The notes beneath the pieces are model-generated. The model was given only the letters and a program-made list of their open reading frames with translations. It searched no databases and was not told where the DNA came from. The translations under genes and the position numbers were made by a program. This document shows positions 41,332-50,149 of a stretch of DNA of 64,000 bases, in pieces. Origin of the DNA: an uncultured cyanobacterium (GTDB lineage: Bacteria; Cyanobacteriota; Cyanobacteriia; Leptolyngbyales; Leptolyngbyaceae); assembly GCA_963766075.1 (NCBI GenBank), contig CAVYAN010000113.1, forward strand, positions 32,845 to 96,844. The letters are read 5' to 3'. Each line of letters opens with the position of its first letter. The stretch's first letter is position 1.

Positions 41332-42165
41332 ATGCGACAGTTGAAAGGGGCCCTTGTTCGGACACCCGTGCTGGGCCATGGGTTGCTCGCCGTTCTTAGA
41401 TTTCAGACTGCCATGGGGTATTTCCGGCGGCCATTGTTTAACTTAGTTAAATGGTTATTCAACTCTAACGAACTCACCAACTTTACCTATGATTTAGAGG
41501 AATCCAATAAACGCTACTTAGCCGCATTAATCACTGATATAACGAATGTAGAATTTGATACGGTGATGGCTTATATCCAAGAAATAGAAGAAAATCAAGA
41601 GCTGCGATCGCACATAGCAACAACCACCGCAAAAAGTGACTGGGCCTTTATGGCAGACCCAAACGCCCGATTGGGAAGGCGCATTGGTTGGTATGCGATG
41701 GCCAGAGCCATAAAACCCAAGATCATCATCGAAACTGGAGTAGACAAGGGATTAGGCTCCTGTGTTTTAACCGCTGCCCTGAAGAAAAACAAAGCAGAAG
41801 GCTATGAGGGGCAATATTATGGGACCAATATCAATCCAATAGCCGGATATTTGCTCTCGGACGAATACGCGCACTATGGCCGTATTTTGTATGGGGATTC
41901 CATTGCCTCGCTCAGCCAGCTAGATGTGACGATTGATCTATTTATCAATGACAGTGATCATTCTGCAGACTATGAAGCAGAAGAGTATCGAATTATTGAA
42001 AACAAGCTGTCTGACCATGCCATTATCTTGGGGGATAATTCGGATGGTACAGACAAGCTCCTTGAATTTTCCTTGAAAACAAACCGACATTTTGTCTTTT
42101 TCCAAGAAAAACCGCATGAGCATTGGTACCCAGGGGCAGGCATTGGATTTTCCTTTAAAAGGTGA
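41332..42165 (+). CDS. Class I SAM-dependent methyltransferase (Methyltransf_24-like)
   Basis: KPKIIIETGVDKGLGS, GDS, IDLFINDSDHS..YE..EY. Confidence 0.8.
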   Translation: MRQLKGALVRTPVLGHGLLAVLRFQTAMGYFRRPLFNLVKWLFNSNELTNFTYDLEESNKRYLAALITDITNVEFDTVMAYIQEIEENQELRSHIATTTAKSDWAFMADPNARLGRRIGWYAMARAIKPKIIIETGVDKGLGSCVLTAALKKNKAEGYEGQYYGTNINPIAGYLLSDEYAHYGRILYGDSIASLSQLDVTIDLFINDSDHSADYEAEEYRIIENKLSDHAIILGDNSDGTDKLLEFSLKTNRHFVFFQEKPHEHWYPGAGIGFSFKR

Positions 42166-42366
42166 AATTAAGAGGTGAAACTTGTGTTGGCGTGATGACG
42201 GGGCCGGGGCCGTTCCCGCCATGCTTCCTCCCGGTATTGCTGAGCGGCATTTAATGCGGGATGGCATCCAGTTGTTCCAAAGCGGCATCCTTCACCTTGC
42301 AGATTGTGCCACTTATGCCGCAAGATGGGGACACAGTTGACGGAGCCGCGCTGACTACTCTCCAGA

Positions 42367-42427
42367 AGTTCGTATTGGATAGTTCGTCGTATTGGATAGT
42401 TCGTATTGGATAGTTCGTATTGGATAG
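42367..42427. repeat. 14-bp tandem repeat (AGTTCGTATTGGAT x4)
   Basis: Four copies, one carrying a 3-bp (cgt) insertion. Confidence 0.9.
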
Positions 42428-42561
42428 CTCAATATCGACATCTGCATCTCCCCATAGCCCCCTACACGTCAATGAGGTGCTGCAGGCGCGCTGCAACAGC
42501 TGCAACATACGAAGATCGAATCCGCCCGCCAAAATCTCTAAAATCTAAAATCTAAAATGGT

Positions 42562-43215
42562 ATGAGAGTCAAGGTCAGTGCATTCGGGGTGACGGTCCTG
42601 TGTATTGCGGTCACCGTGGTTGTGTTTCACTGGGTGAGTGCGATTGATCCCAACCAGTTGCAGGCAGGGCTGCATGCTGCCGGGGTTTGGGCTCCCCTCG
42701 CCTACATGGGCTTGTACGTTGTGGCGACGATTTTACTTCTGCCGTCCACGGCCTTGAATTTAATGGGTGGGGCAATTTTTGGGTTTGGGTGGGGGCTGCT
42801 TTGGACTACGCTGGCTGCCGTCGTGGCTGCGATCGTGACCTTTGTCTTCAGTCGCACGGTTGGGCGTCAGGCGGTTGCCCAGCGCCTTGCGGGACGCTGG
42901 CAAGCCATGGATGCTGAGGTGCAACGGGGGGGGGCGTTTTATATTTTTGCCCTGCGCTTGTTGCCGATTATGCCCTATGGGATTGTGAATTTGGCGGTGG
43001 GCCTCACCGGTGTCCGCTTTCAGGATTACGCTGTGGGCACCTGTTTGGGAACGGTACCCGGCATTTTGCCGTTTGTGTTGATGGGCAGTTCTGGGGTAAA
43101 GGCGGTGCAAAAGGGTGAGATTTTACCGCTGCTGATGGCCTTGGCCCTGATGGGGGTGTTAGTGGGTGGGGCGACCTGGTATCGGCGGTCTACGGCACAG
43201 CGCCCCACTGACTAA
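42562..43215 (+). CDS. TVP38/TMEM64 (DedA/SNARE-associated) family membrane protein
   Basis: LP.TALNL.GGA.FG, LRLLP..PY..VN, GT.LG.VP. Confidence 0.9.
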   Translation: MRVKVSAFGVTVLCIAVTVVVFHWVSAIDPNQLQAGLHAAGVWAPLAYMGLYVVATILLLPSTALNLMGGAIFGFGWGLLWTTLAAVVAAIVTFVFSRTVGRQAVAQRLAGRWQAMDAEVQRGGAFYIFALRLLPIMPYGIVNLAVGLTGVRFQDYAVGTCLGTVPGILPFVLMGSSGVKAVQKGEILPLLMALALMGVLVGGATWYRRSTAQRPTD

Positions 43216-43666
43216 AGGGATGTTGCACTAAATAGGAATTGAAATAGCGGACATCTTGGGAGACTTCTGCGCCAACCCAGGGCGGCAGGGCGATCGCTTG
43301 ATCGGCTGAGGTGAGTTCGACTTCCGCCACAATTAAACCCTGGTTTTCCCCGGCGAATTCATCGACTTCCCACAGCAGGTCGGCGTAGGGAATCCGGTAG
43401 CGGGTTTTTTCGATCAATGGTTTTTCGCACAGTGTATCGAGCATGGCCATGGCATCTTCTAGAGGAATGGCATATTCAAACTCCGCCCGTGCCAGATCGA
43501 GGGTTGGACCTTTGATGGTCAAATACCCTTGGTGACCGGCTACCCGGACACGCACTGTTTTCCCGGCATTGAGCACTAGATAGCCTTGGCGGTAGAGTGT
43601 GCCAGTAGCCAGCGATCGCCACGCCTCTCCCTGCACCAAAAACTTGCGTTCAATTTCGACTGCCAT
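43190..43666 (-). CDS. CYTH domain protein
   Basis: EIERKFLV, RVRV, IEKTRY, WEVDEF.G.N.GLIVAEVEL. Confidence 0.92.
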   Translation of the reverse strand: MAVEIERKFLVQGEAWRSLATGTLYRQGYLVLNAGKTVRVRVAGHQGYLTIKGPTLDLARAEFEYAIPLEDAMAMLDTLCEKPLIEKTRYRIPYADLLWEVDEFAGENQGLIVAEVELTSADQAIALPPWVGAEVSQDVRYFNSYLVQHPFSQWGAVP

Positions 43667-43897
43667 GGGACGTTGCTCCTCGAGATTCTTTGTCGCCAGT
43701 GCTTTCAAGCCCAGTGTGTTCAGGCCAGTGCATTTAGGCCAGTGCATTTAGGCCAGTGCCCTCCCGTGCATTATAGGGCGTGCATTATGGGGCGGGGTGG
43801 GATGGGAGCCTGCGAGATCTGGATCAAATGATAAGAAATATTCATATATCACCACAGGTATTTTTGTGCAAGTTTTGTAACATTATTGTTATATTAG

Positions 43898-43915
43898 TTT
43901 ACATAAGGTTACACA
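43898..43915 (+). promoter_or_regulatory. HLR1 (RpaB-binding) direct repeat upstream of psb34
   Basis: TTTACATA-AG-GTTACACA matches (G/T)TTACA(T/A)(T/A)-N2-(G/T)TTACA(T/A)(T/A) with one mismatch, 29 bp before the ATG. Confidence 0.65.
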
Positions 43916-43943
43916 AACAACTCGCCTAAGAGGTCAGACCCTA

Positions 43944-44114
43944 ATGTTTACTACTACTACTGAAGATGGTTTGCTGAATAACTACGCCATTGAGCCCCAA
44001 ATTTACTATTCCAACTACCCCTCGCCCGAGCAGCAACGCGAGTATGTCAAGCAGGCAGCTATCTCTGCTTTGATCGTGGTTTCGGCAATTTTGGTCGCGT
44101 TCGTAGCCAGCTAA
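43944..44114 (+). CDS. psb34: Photosystem II assembly factor Psb34 (Ssl1498 family), 56 aa; absent from the ORF track
   Basis: Manual translation: MFTTTTEDGLLNNYAIEPQIYYSNYPSPEQQREYVKQAAISALIVVSAILVAFVAS*, with the LNNYA.EP..Y...YPS..QQ signature and a C-terminal TM. Confidence 0.88.
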   Translation: MFTTTTEDGLLNNYAIEPQIYYSNYPSPEQQREYVKQAAISALIVVSAILVAFVAS

Positions 44115-44190
44115 TCGATCTAGATGCCGACCAGCGATCGCCTTGCTAATCCTTGCGGCAGCTTACCTTACAGACTCTTTTCAACGCTTT

Positions 44191-44227
44191 GAATTCCCCA
44201 GTGGATAGACTCCGCTGGGGAATTTTG
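44191..44227 (+). terminator. Putative Rho-independent terminator after psb34
   Basis: AATTCCCCAGTGGA-tagac-TCCGCTGGGGAATT hairpin followed by Ts. Confidence 0.55.
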
Positions 44228-44579
44228 TAGGCGTGATCCACGACGGGAACTGCTGGAAGGAGATGCGATCGCTCTGGGCATAAGGATGGTTCTCAGCCTT
44301 GGCGGGTAATGGCCTGGTTGTCGGCGGCGATCGCGAGTCCTTTTAGATACAGCCCAAGGCCGATCACTTGCTGTTACAAATGCTGTTACAAATTGGAGTA
44401 TCACAGGGATAGGACATACTGGTAAACCTGTTCCACTCTATCCCTGGAGAACTCGATAGGTCCTGCTCCTGGTCATGGGCGCTAGCGCCGTTAACGGAAT
44501 ATCAAACACCACACCGTTTGTCTAGAACGCGCCTAGAATAGGTGAATTGCCGCTGATTGTTCCCGTGTATTTTGCGTCT

Positions 44580-45128
44580 ATGGCTTTTTTTAGTTGGCTG
44601 TCTCCGGTTAAACACGTGGGAATTCCAGGCACATCTGCCCTACGCAATCGCATTCTACAGGATCCGTTTTATCGATTCCAATCGATGGAAGAAATTGCGA
44701 TCGCTGCGAGTCTTGGGGTTCACATTGATGTGAATCAGGCAGGGGTCGATGATTGGTTGCGACTACCAGGGGTGTCGATTCACCAAGCGAAGTTACTCGC
44801 AGATTTAGTCCAGGCAGGCGTGCCGCTGCATTGTTTAGAGGATGTAGCGGCGGCGATCGGGATGCCGGTGCAGCGACTACAGCCCTTAGCCCCCATACTG
44901 CGATTTTTTTATTACGATCCAGAGAGTCCGGCGACAATTCAGCCAGTGGACGTGAACCGGGCCACGGTGGAAATGCTCGTAAAAATTCCTGGGGTGGATT
45001 TGTATTTGGCCAAGGCAATCGTTGAGCATCGCCGCCTTGGTCAATACCGAAACATCACGCACTTACAGCGGCGGCTTGCAATTCCCCCTACAGTTATTGC
45101 TGAGTTGATGCATTATTTAAAATTCTGA
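44580..45128 (+). CDS. ComEA family helix-hairpin-helix DNA-binding protein
   Basis: Two HhH motifs (DVNQA..DDWLRLPGVS; DVNRAT.EML.KIPGV). Confidence 0.8.
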   Translation: MAFFSWLSPVKHVGIPGTSALRNRILQDPFYRFQSMEEIAIAASLGVHIDVNQAGVDDWLRLPGVSIHQAKLLADLVQAGVPLHCLEDVAAAIGMPVQRLQPLAPILRFFYYDPESPATIQPVDVNRATVEMLVKIPGVDLYLAKAIVEHRRLGQYRNITHLQRRLAIPPTVIAELMHYLKF

Positions 45129-45253
45129 TAGATTAAAATTTTGACAGGCAAGGTCAACCATTTCTGACAGGCCATTTCAACCAGCCGAACTCAGGAATTG
45201 CGCTTCAGGGGATTGCAAAAAATAAAGTCCCTCTGCCCTCTACTGCCAGAGGT

Positions 45254-45373
45254 GGATTTCGACTCCGCTCAATCCACAGGCTCTCAGATGAGAGCTGAGC
45301 GCAGTAGATGAGAGCTGAGCGTAGTTGATGAAAGCCGATCGCAGTAGACGAGGGCTGAGCGAAGCCGAAGCCC
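45254..45373. repeat. TTCGACTCCGCTCAA repeat plus four 20-bp tandem derivatives (GAGAGCTGAGCGCAGTAGAT-like)
   Basis: ggatttcgactccgctcaatcc at ~45254; tandem units start at ~45289, 45309, 45329 and 45349. Confidence 0.75.
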
Positions 45374-45437
45374 GGTTACAGGCACTCCGCCCTAAGCCCC
45401 TGTGCAGCCGACGCAGCACTGATCACACCGATCGCCG

Positions 45438-45869
45438 TCACCTTCTTCGATAGGGTTGAATGTAGCGGCGATTGGCTCTGACATAACAGCCATAGTCTAT
45501 TCCGGAGGCACTTCTGACTCGCATCCACGGGTTTCCGGTTTGATCTTTGGCGTTGAAAAGAACTTCATCAGATCCCCCCCGTCCAACATCGGCTTGCAAT
45601 AGCTCTCCCCGTTTGAACTGTCGGGTGATGGGATAGTCCATACCCACCTGTGCACGACAATTTAACCCCGTGGAAACCACTTGCCATAACCCACCCGGCA
45701 TGAGAATTCGGGGAACAGTGCCTAGGATGGGAGCATCGTTTCTAAAGTAATTCCCCTTGTGATCCGGCTGTGGCACAGGGGAAGCTTGAGCAAGAACGGA
45801 TCCTGCAAAGGCGACTATCGTCATTGTTAACAAAGTCATTTTCAACGTCACTATTTTCAATGTCACCAT
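45438..45869 (-). CDS. Secreted hypothetical protein with SH3b-like domain
   Basis: Signal peptide; LNCRAQVGMDYPI...W.RV...CYVRAN resembles bacterial SH3 motifs. Confidence 0.55.
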   Translation of the reverse strand: MVTLKIVTLKMTLLTMTIVAFAGSVLAQASPVPQPDHKGNYFRNDAPILGTVPRILMPGGLWQVVSTGLNCRAQVGMDYPITRQFKRGELLQADVGRGGSDEVLFNAKDQTGNPWMRVRSASGIDYGCYVRANRRYIQPYRRR

Positions 45870-46010
45870 TCTTTTTTAAGCCTAAGAGGATGGTTTAAAA
45901 CAAGACGGGTTGGCCCGTGAACTCAATTATGGATGGCATGGAGCAGACCCCGAGATGACCTCATAGTTTCAGTTAAGATTTGAGAGGTATTATTTTCTGG
46001 TATATCACTT

Positions 46011-46721
46011 ATGAACTGGCTCCTTAATCATTTCCGGGCGTGGGAGCGTCACCTGCAACTCTGGGTTGTTGTTGGCGCGATCGCCCTCCTCCTGCAACTC
46101 TGGGCCGCCCCTGCCCAGGCAACGGGCATCTACGAGATGCCCACGACGATCCCTGCAACAACTTGGGTTCTGGACGAAGCTGACATCATCAGTCGCTCCA
46201 ACGAGGGCAAAATCAGCACAGCCCTCAGTGACCTGGCCCAAAAAACGGGCAAAGAAGTCCGATTTGTGACAATTCACCGCCTAGACTATGGCGAAACCGT
46301 GGAAACCTTTGCCGATCAACTGTTTCAAGCATGGTTCCCGACGCCAGAATCCCAGATCAACCAAGCTGTACTCGTGATTGACGATGTCACGAACGAATCG
46401 ACTATTCGCTCCGGGGAGGCGATTCGGGCCTTACTCACTGCCGACATTGTCCGGAGTATTACCCAAGAAACAATTCTATTTCCCTTAAAGGAAGGCTACA
46501 AGTACAATCAAGCCATGGTCAGTGCAGGCGATCGCATCACCACCATTCTGGCGGGCAATCCCGACCCCGGCCCCCCGGAACTCCAGGATAATGTCTCCAC
46601 CGAGGGAACTTTTGCCTCAAAGGAAAAAACCCAAGAAAGCAACGCGACTGTCTGGGTGATTGCCCTCCTGATTGCGGCTACGGTTATTCCCATGGCCACC
46701 TACTACTTGTATGTGAAATAG
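46011..46721 (+). CDS. psb32: Photosystem II repair protein Psb32 (TPM domain)
   Basis: ATGIYEMP, WVLDEAD.ISR.NEG, TIHRLDYGET, G.PDPGPP, C-terminal TM ATVIPMATYY. Confidence 0.9.
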   Translation: MNWLLNHFRAWERHLQLWVVVGAIALLLQLWAAPAQATGIYEMPTTIPATTWVLDEADIISRSNEGKISTALSDLAQKTGKEVRFVTIHRLDYGETVETFADQLFQAWFPTPESQINQAVLVIDDVTNESTIRSGEAIRALLTADIVRSITQETILFPLKEGYKYNQAMVSAGDRITTILAGNPDPGPPELQDNVSTEGTFASKEKTQESNATVWVIALLIAATVIPMATYYLYVK

Positions 46722-46901
46722 CTGGTCCGTGAAATAGCTGGTTCGTGAAGTAGCTGGGACTGGGGAAAACTGAGGTTTGAATTTTAGAGTTTAGAGGGAA
46801 TCTCTTCCGACACACACGTCAGTTGACGACGCTACGTTTGGGCGGTGATGGCAACTAGGCAGAAAGCGCAAGCCTTCTGCCCTATTCCCCTGGTTTTCCC
46901 A

Positions 46902-47288
46902 TTAGTCCTGGATGTAGGGTTCCCCTGTCATTAGCGCCGTTTCAGCTTTCTGAAATTCACGCCCCAGGTAGGCCGCATGATCCAGACAGGTCACCGGGCA
47001 AGCATCCGATTGTTCAAACAGGGCAATGCAGAGTTCCTTAGCAGTTCTACCGCTATAGAGGTGACTGGCGCTGCGTTTCAAGGTGCCATTACAGGCCAGG
47101 GGGGCTCCTGTCTCTGGATCACAGGCCAATCCGCGATCGTCGATGGTGTTGGTGTAATGTTCGGCGCAAATGCGTTCCTGCTCCCGATCCACATAGATGA
47201 TGAAATATCCCCCCGGATCCAGGGCAATAAATCGCTGGGAAAGTTTATCATCTAAAGCTACCGTATCGATCGCACAAACTTGGTTCAT
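46902..47288 (-). CDS. DUF4346 domain protein
   Basis: LS.RFIALDPGGYFIIY, GRTAKELC, LDHAAYLGRE, YIQD. Confidence 0.85.
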   Translation of the reverse strand: MNQVCAIDTVALDDKLSQRFIALDPGGYFIIYVDREQERICAEHYTNTIDDRGLACDPETGAPLACNGTLKRSASHLYSGRTAKELCIALFEQSDACPVTCLDHAAYLGREFQKAETALMTGEPYIQD

Positions 47289-47371
47289 AGGGCCACAGCA
47301 AAACAGCGTAAAGGTAATCTCATCATAGCCGTTTACGCCGAATATCCTTCTACCCCACAATCCATCCGCCC

Positions 47372-48316
47372 ATGCCCCACCCCATTATCATTGACTGCGA
47401 TCCCGGTGCCGATGACGCGATCGCCCTCTTTCTGGCCTTTGCCCATCCTGCCGACCTAGAGATTTTGGGCATTACGACCGTCGCAGGCAACGTCCCCCTG
47501 GCCCTAACCCAGGCCAATGCCCGCCGCATCTGCGACCTGGCAGGCCAGCACTCCATGCGCGTGTATGCGGGCTGTCCACGGCCCTTGGTGCGATCGCTCA
47601 TTACTGCCGAAGAAGTCCACGGGAAAACGGGACTGGATGGCCTCAGCCTGCCCGATCCGGTGCTGCCGCTGCAAACTCTCCATGCCGTAGATTTTTTAAT
47701 TGAGACCTTGATGGATTCAGCGGGTGGCATTACCCTGGCGACGCTGGGGCCATTGACCAATGTGGCCATGGCCTTGGTGAAGCAGCCCCAGATTCGCGAT
47801 CGCATTCAGGAAATCGTCTGCATGGGCGGAGCGATTACCCAGGGCAATATCACGCCCTCTGCTGAATTTAATCTGTATGTCGATCCCCATGCGGCCCATG
47901 TGGTATTTACAGCGGGGATTCCGCTGACGATGATTAGCCTGGATGTGACCCATCAGGCATTGGCCCTGCCGGATCGGATGGCAAAATTACAGGCGATCGG
48001 CTCTCCGGTCAGTCAGGCCACGGCTGACTTGCTGGCCCACTATGGGCGCTATGACATGTACCGCTATGGCTTCCCCGGCCCGCCGCTCCATGATCCCTGC
48101 GTAATTGCTTATCTGTTGCGTCCGGAATTATTTAAGGGAGAATCCCACTCTGTGGAAATTGAAACGAATTCCACAGCAGGACTGGGAAGAACTATTGTTG
48201 ATCGCTGGAACTCTACCGGGAATCCAAGCAATGTCAATGTTATTACCCAGATTGATGCTGACGGATTCTATGACCTGCTATTTAAAGCATTAACTCCCGG
48301 AGGAGCTACTGAGTAG
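47372..48316 (+). CDS. Inosine/uridine-preferring nucleoside hydrolase
   Basis: DCDPGADDA, TVAGN, HGKTGL, GPLTN, AEFN, LHDP. Confidence 0.95.
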   Translation: MPHPIIIDCDPGADDAIALFLAFAHPADLEILGITTVAGNVPLALTQANARRICDLAGQHSMRVYAGCPRPLVRSLITAEEVHGKTGLDGLSLPDPVLPLQTLHAVDFLIETLMDSAGGITLATLGPLTNVAMALVKQPQIRDRIQEIVCMGGAITQGNITPSAEFNLYVDPHAAHVVFTAGIPLTMISLDVTHQALALPDRMAKLQAIGSPVSQATADLLAHYGRYDMYRYGFPGPPLHDPCVIAYLLRPELFKGESHSVEIETNSTAGLGRTIVDRWNSTGNPSNVNVITQIDADGFYDLLFKALTPGGATE

Positions 48317-48361
48317 AGTGAGTTTTCTATGCCCTATTCTAAGGCAATACTCCGGACAGAA

Positions 48362-48625
48362 TTAAGGGGTTATCCTGCCGTAGTCCCGGAGGTTGGGATA
48401 GTTGGGATGGGATTTAATCAACGTTGGGTCCAAGTCCAACATTGAAATAAACCGGGAAAGGAGATGGTCATTGCGGGCTAGGCGTTTATAACTGGCCATG
48501 GAAAAGGGCGTTGGCTGACTGGGTGCTGGCGATTTGGATGGGTGCTGCTGGACCTCATATTTGGCCAGATTGAGGGCCAAAAGACTGGCATTAAAATGTA
48601 AAGTCGAGCTTTTTCGGGTTGCGCA
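48362..48625 (-). pseudogene. C-terminal remnant of a cyanobacterial DDE transposase
   Basis: LHFNASLLALNLAK...FSMASYKR..N.HLL.RFISMLDLDPTLIKSHPNY..L..YG is recognisable as the C-terminus of a cyanobacterial IS transposase. The catalytic N-terminal part is absent. Confidence 0.65.
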
Positions 48626-48660
48626 TTTGAGAATCAGCCCGTCCGGTGAATTGTTTTGCG

Positions 48661-48846
48661 TCACCGCGACGGACTTAAAGCGGGATTTTGTCCAGGCACC
48701 TCAATTCCTACAACCTTACCCTCAGCGTTGTCATCCAAGATGATCTCATTACTGACTTCCCCAGAGACTTCATCAGATTCGACAATGACAGAATCATCTA
48801 GCCGCAGGTACAAGGCATCGTCTGCTTTATGGACAACTAGGTTCAT
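48661..48846 (-). CDS. DUF2283 domain protein, probably C-terminally altered
   Basis: DALYLRL....VESDEV...IILD.N.EGKVVGIEV; no DUF4258-type partner upstream. Confidence 0.7.
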   Translation of the reverse strand: MNLVVHKADDALYLRLDDSVIVESDEVSGEVSNEIILDDNAEGKVVGIEVPGQNPALSPSR

Positions 48847-48911
48847 TTCACTTAATGCACGAGGATCGGCAATGGAGCTGGACGATGCCCATCGTAATAT
48901 CCCCATGGGCG

Positions 48912-50132
48912 TCAGCGATGCCAGAGGAGGAAAAGCCAATACAGAACCCAGAAGACAAAAAAGCCTAACCCAGCCAAGACTGCCAGGATGCTCGATGAAT
49001 TCGTGGGCTGGTTCAAAGAAACAGCGGCGGTCGTTGCCGCTGTATTAATAAACGTATCCTGATCACGGATAATCGCCTGGGGCAAGAGCTGCTCAGAGTC
49101 CGTTTTTATCCCTGGCATTTTCTTCACGGCGGTGCCAATGGCTAAAAACTCGATAATTCCGCCCCCTAAGTTGTATACATAGGTTTTAATCCCTACCACT
49201 TGATCCGCCCCACAGCGACGGGCGTCCTCTTCGATATGCTTCAACGCCTCGGCGCGGGCCTCGTAAATCAGGCTCGTCAGTTCTTTAATCTCACCCCGAA
49301 CAAAGGACTTAAAAAACGAGGTAATCCCCCCGACCAACCCCAACGAGTAAACCGAAACACCCAAAACTAACTGCACCGGCATGTAGCCTTGGTTGATCAG
49401 ATTCCACATTTCCTCATTCGTCAGGTCACTGGTAATTGGACTGTGGCGATACCCGTCAGGCAATAATGGATGGGTGGATGCCGTCCCGATCATTACCATT
49501 TCCTGCATACCGCCAAAGGGGAGAATCGTCGTTTTAATCCCTACAACCGAATTTGCCCCTACCGCGCGCGCCTCCGCCTTGATGCGCTTCAGCGCTAGAT
49601 GTCGCGTTTCGTTAAAAATGCGTGAGAACTCTTTGATTTCCCCCCGGGCTAGGCTCCGAAAGCTGCCGACTATGCCACCGCCCAAGCCAATGGCATAGGC
49701 AACATTGCCAAAAACGAATTGTTTGGGGGTGAAGGCACTATCAAGTTGGCAGTAAAGGGCTTGGCCATCCGCTGAGGTCGAGAATTCTAGGCGTTCAGTT
49801 TTGGCTCCCGCACGATGCACGCAGGCACCGATCGCCAGAAATTCAATATTTGTACCATGAAAAATCAGCTCGTTGGACACGCCCGTAATCCCCACGCCGC
49901 CGTGGTGCTGGGCTTCCTTCAGCATGCGTGCATAGGCGCGCTGTCGGCCCTCATGGATAATTTTAGTGACTTGCTGCACTTCTCCCCCCACTAGGGTTTT
50001 CAGTCCAGAGCCAATGCTGTTCAGCAATCCCAGGGAAATGACGCTGTTACCCATGACCAGATTTCCCGGCGTCAAACCTTGGCGTTGCAAACAAAAAATC
50101 TCGTTCCCCGATAGCCCTGTAATTAATGTCAT
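48912..50132 (-). CDS. YbjQ/UPF0145-like heavy-metal-binding domain protein with three tandem domains and a C-terminal TM
   Basis: Three repeats of GE......I.E.R..A......A...GA..VVGI, then a hydrophobic C-terminus. Confidence 0.8.
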   Translation of the reverse strand: MTLITGLSGNEIFCLQRQGLTPGNLVMGNSVISLGLLNSIGSGLKTLVGGEVQQVTKIIHEGRQRAYARMLKEAQHHGGVGITGVSNELIFHGTNIEFLAIGACVHRAGAKTERLEFSTSADGQALYCQLDSAFTPKQFVFGNVAYAIGLGGGIVGSFRSLARGEIKEFSRIFNETRHLALKRIKAEARAVGANSVVGIKTTILPFGGMQEMVMIGTASTHPLLPDGYRHSPITSDLTNEEMWNLINQGYMPVQLVLGVSVYSLGLVGGITSFFKSFVRGEIKELTSLIYEARAEALKHIEEDARRCGADQVVGIKTYVYNLGGGIIEFLAIGTAVKKMPGIKTDSEQLLPQAIIRDQDTFINTAATTAAVSLNQPTNSSSILAVLAGLGFFVFWVLYWLFLLWHR

Positions 50133-50149
50133 AGTGAATTCAATGGCTC

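Noticed and set aside
42367..42427. 14-bp array considered as CRISPR or plasmid iterons
   Set aside because: Too short, no spacers, and no rep gene nearby; fits the local tandem duplication pattern.
44369..44393. GTTACAAA direct repeat considered as a second HLR1 site
   Set aside because: The period is 12 bp rather than the 10 bp required; it looks like a simple TGCTGTTACAAA duplication.
45289..45373. 20-bp repeats considered as a CRISPR array
   Set aside because: The units are contiguous with no unique spacers and derive from a dispersed REP-like motif.
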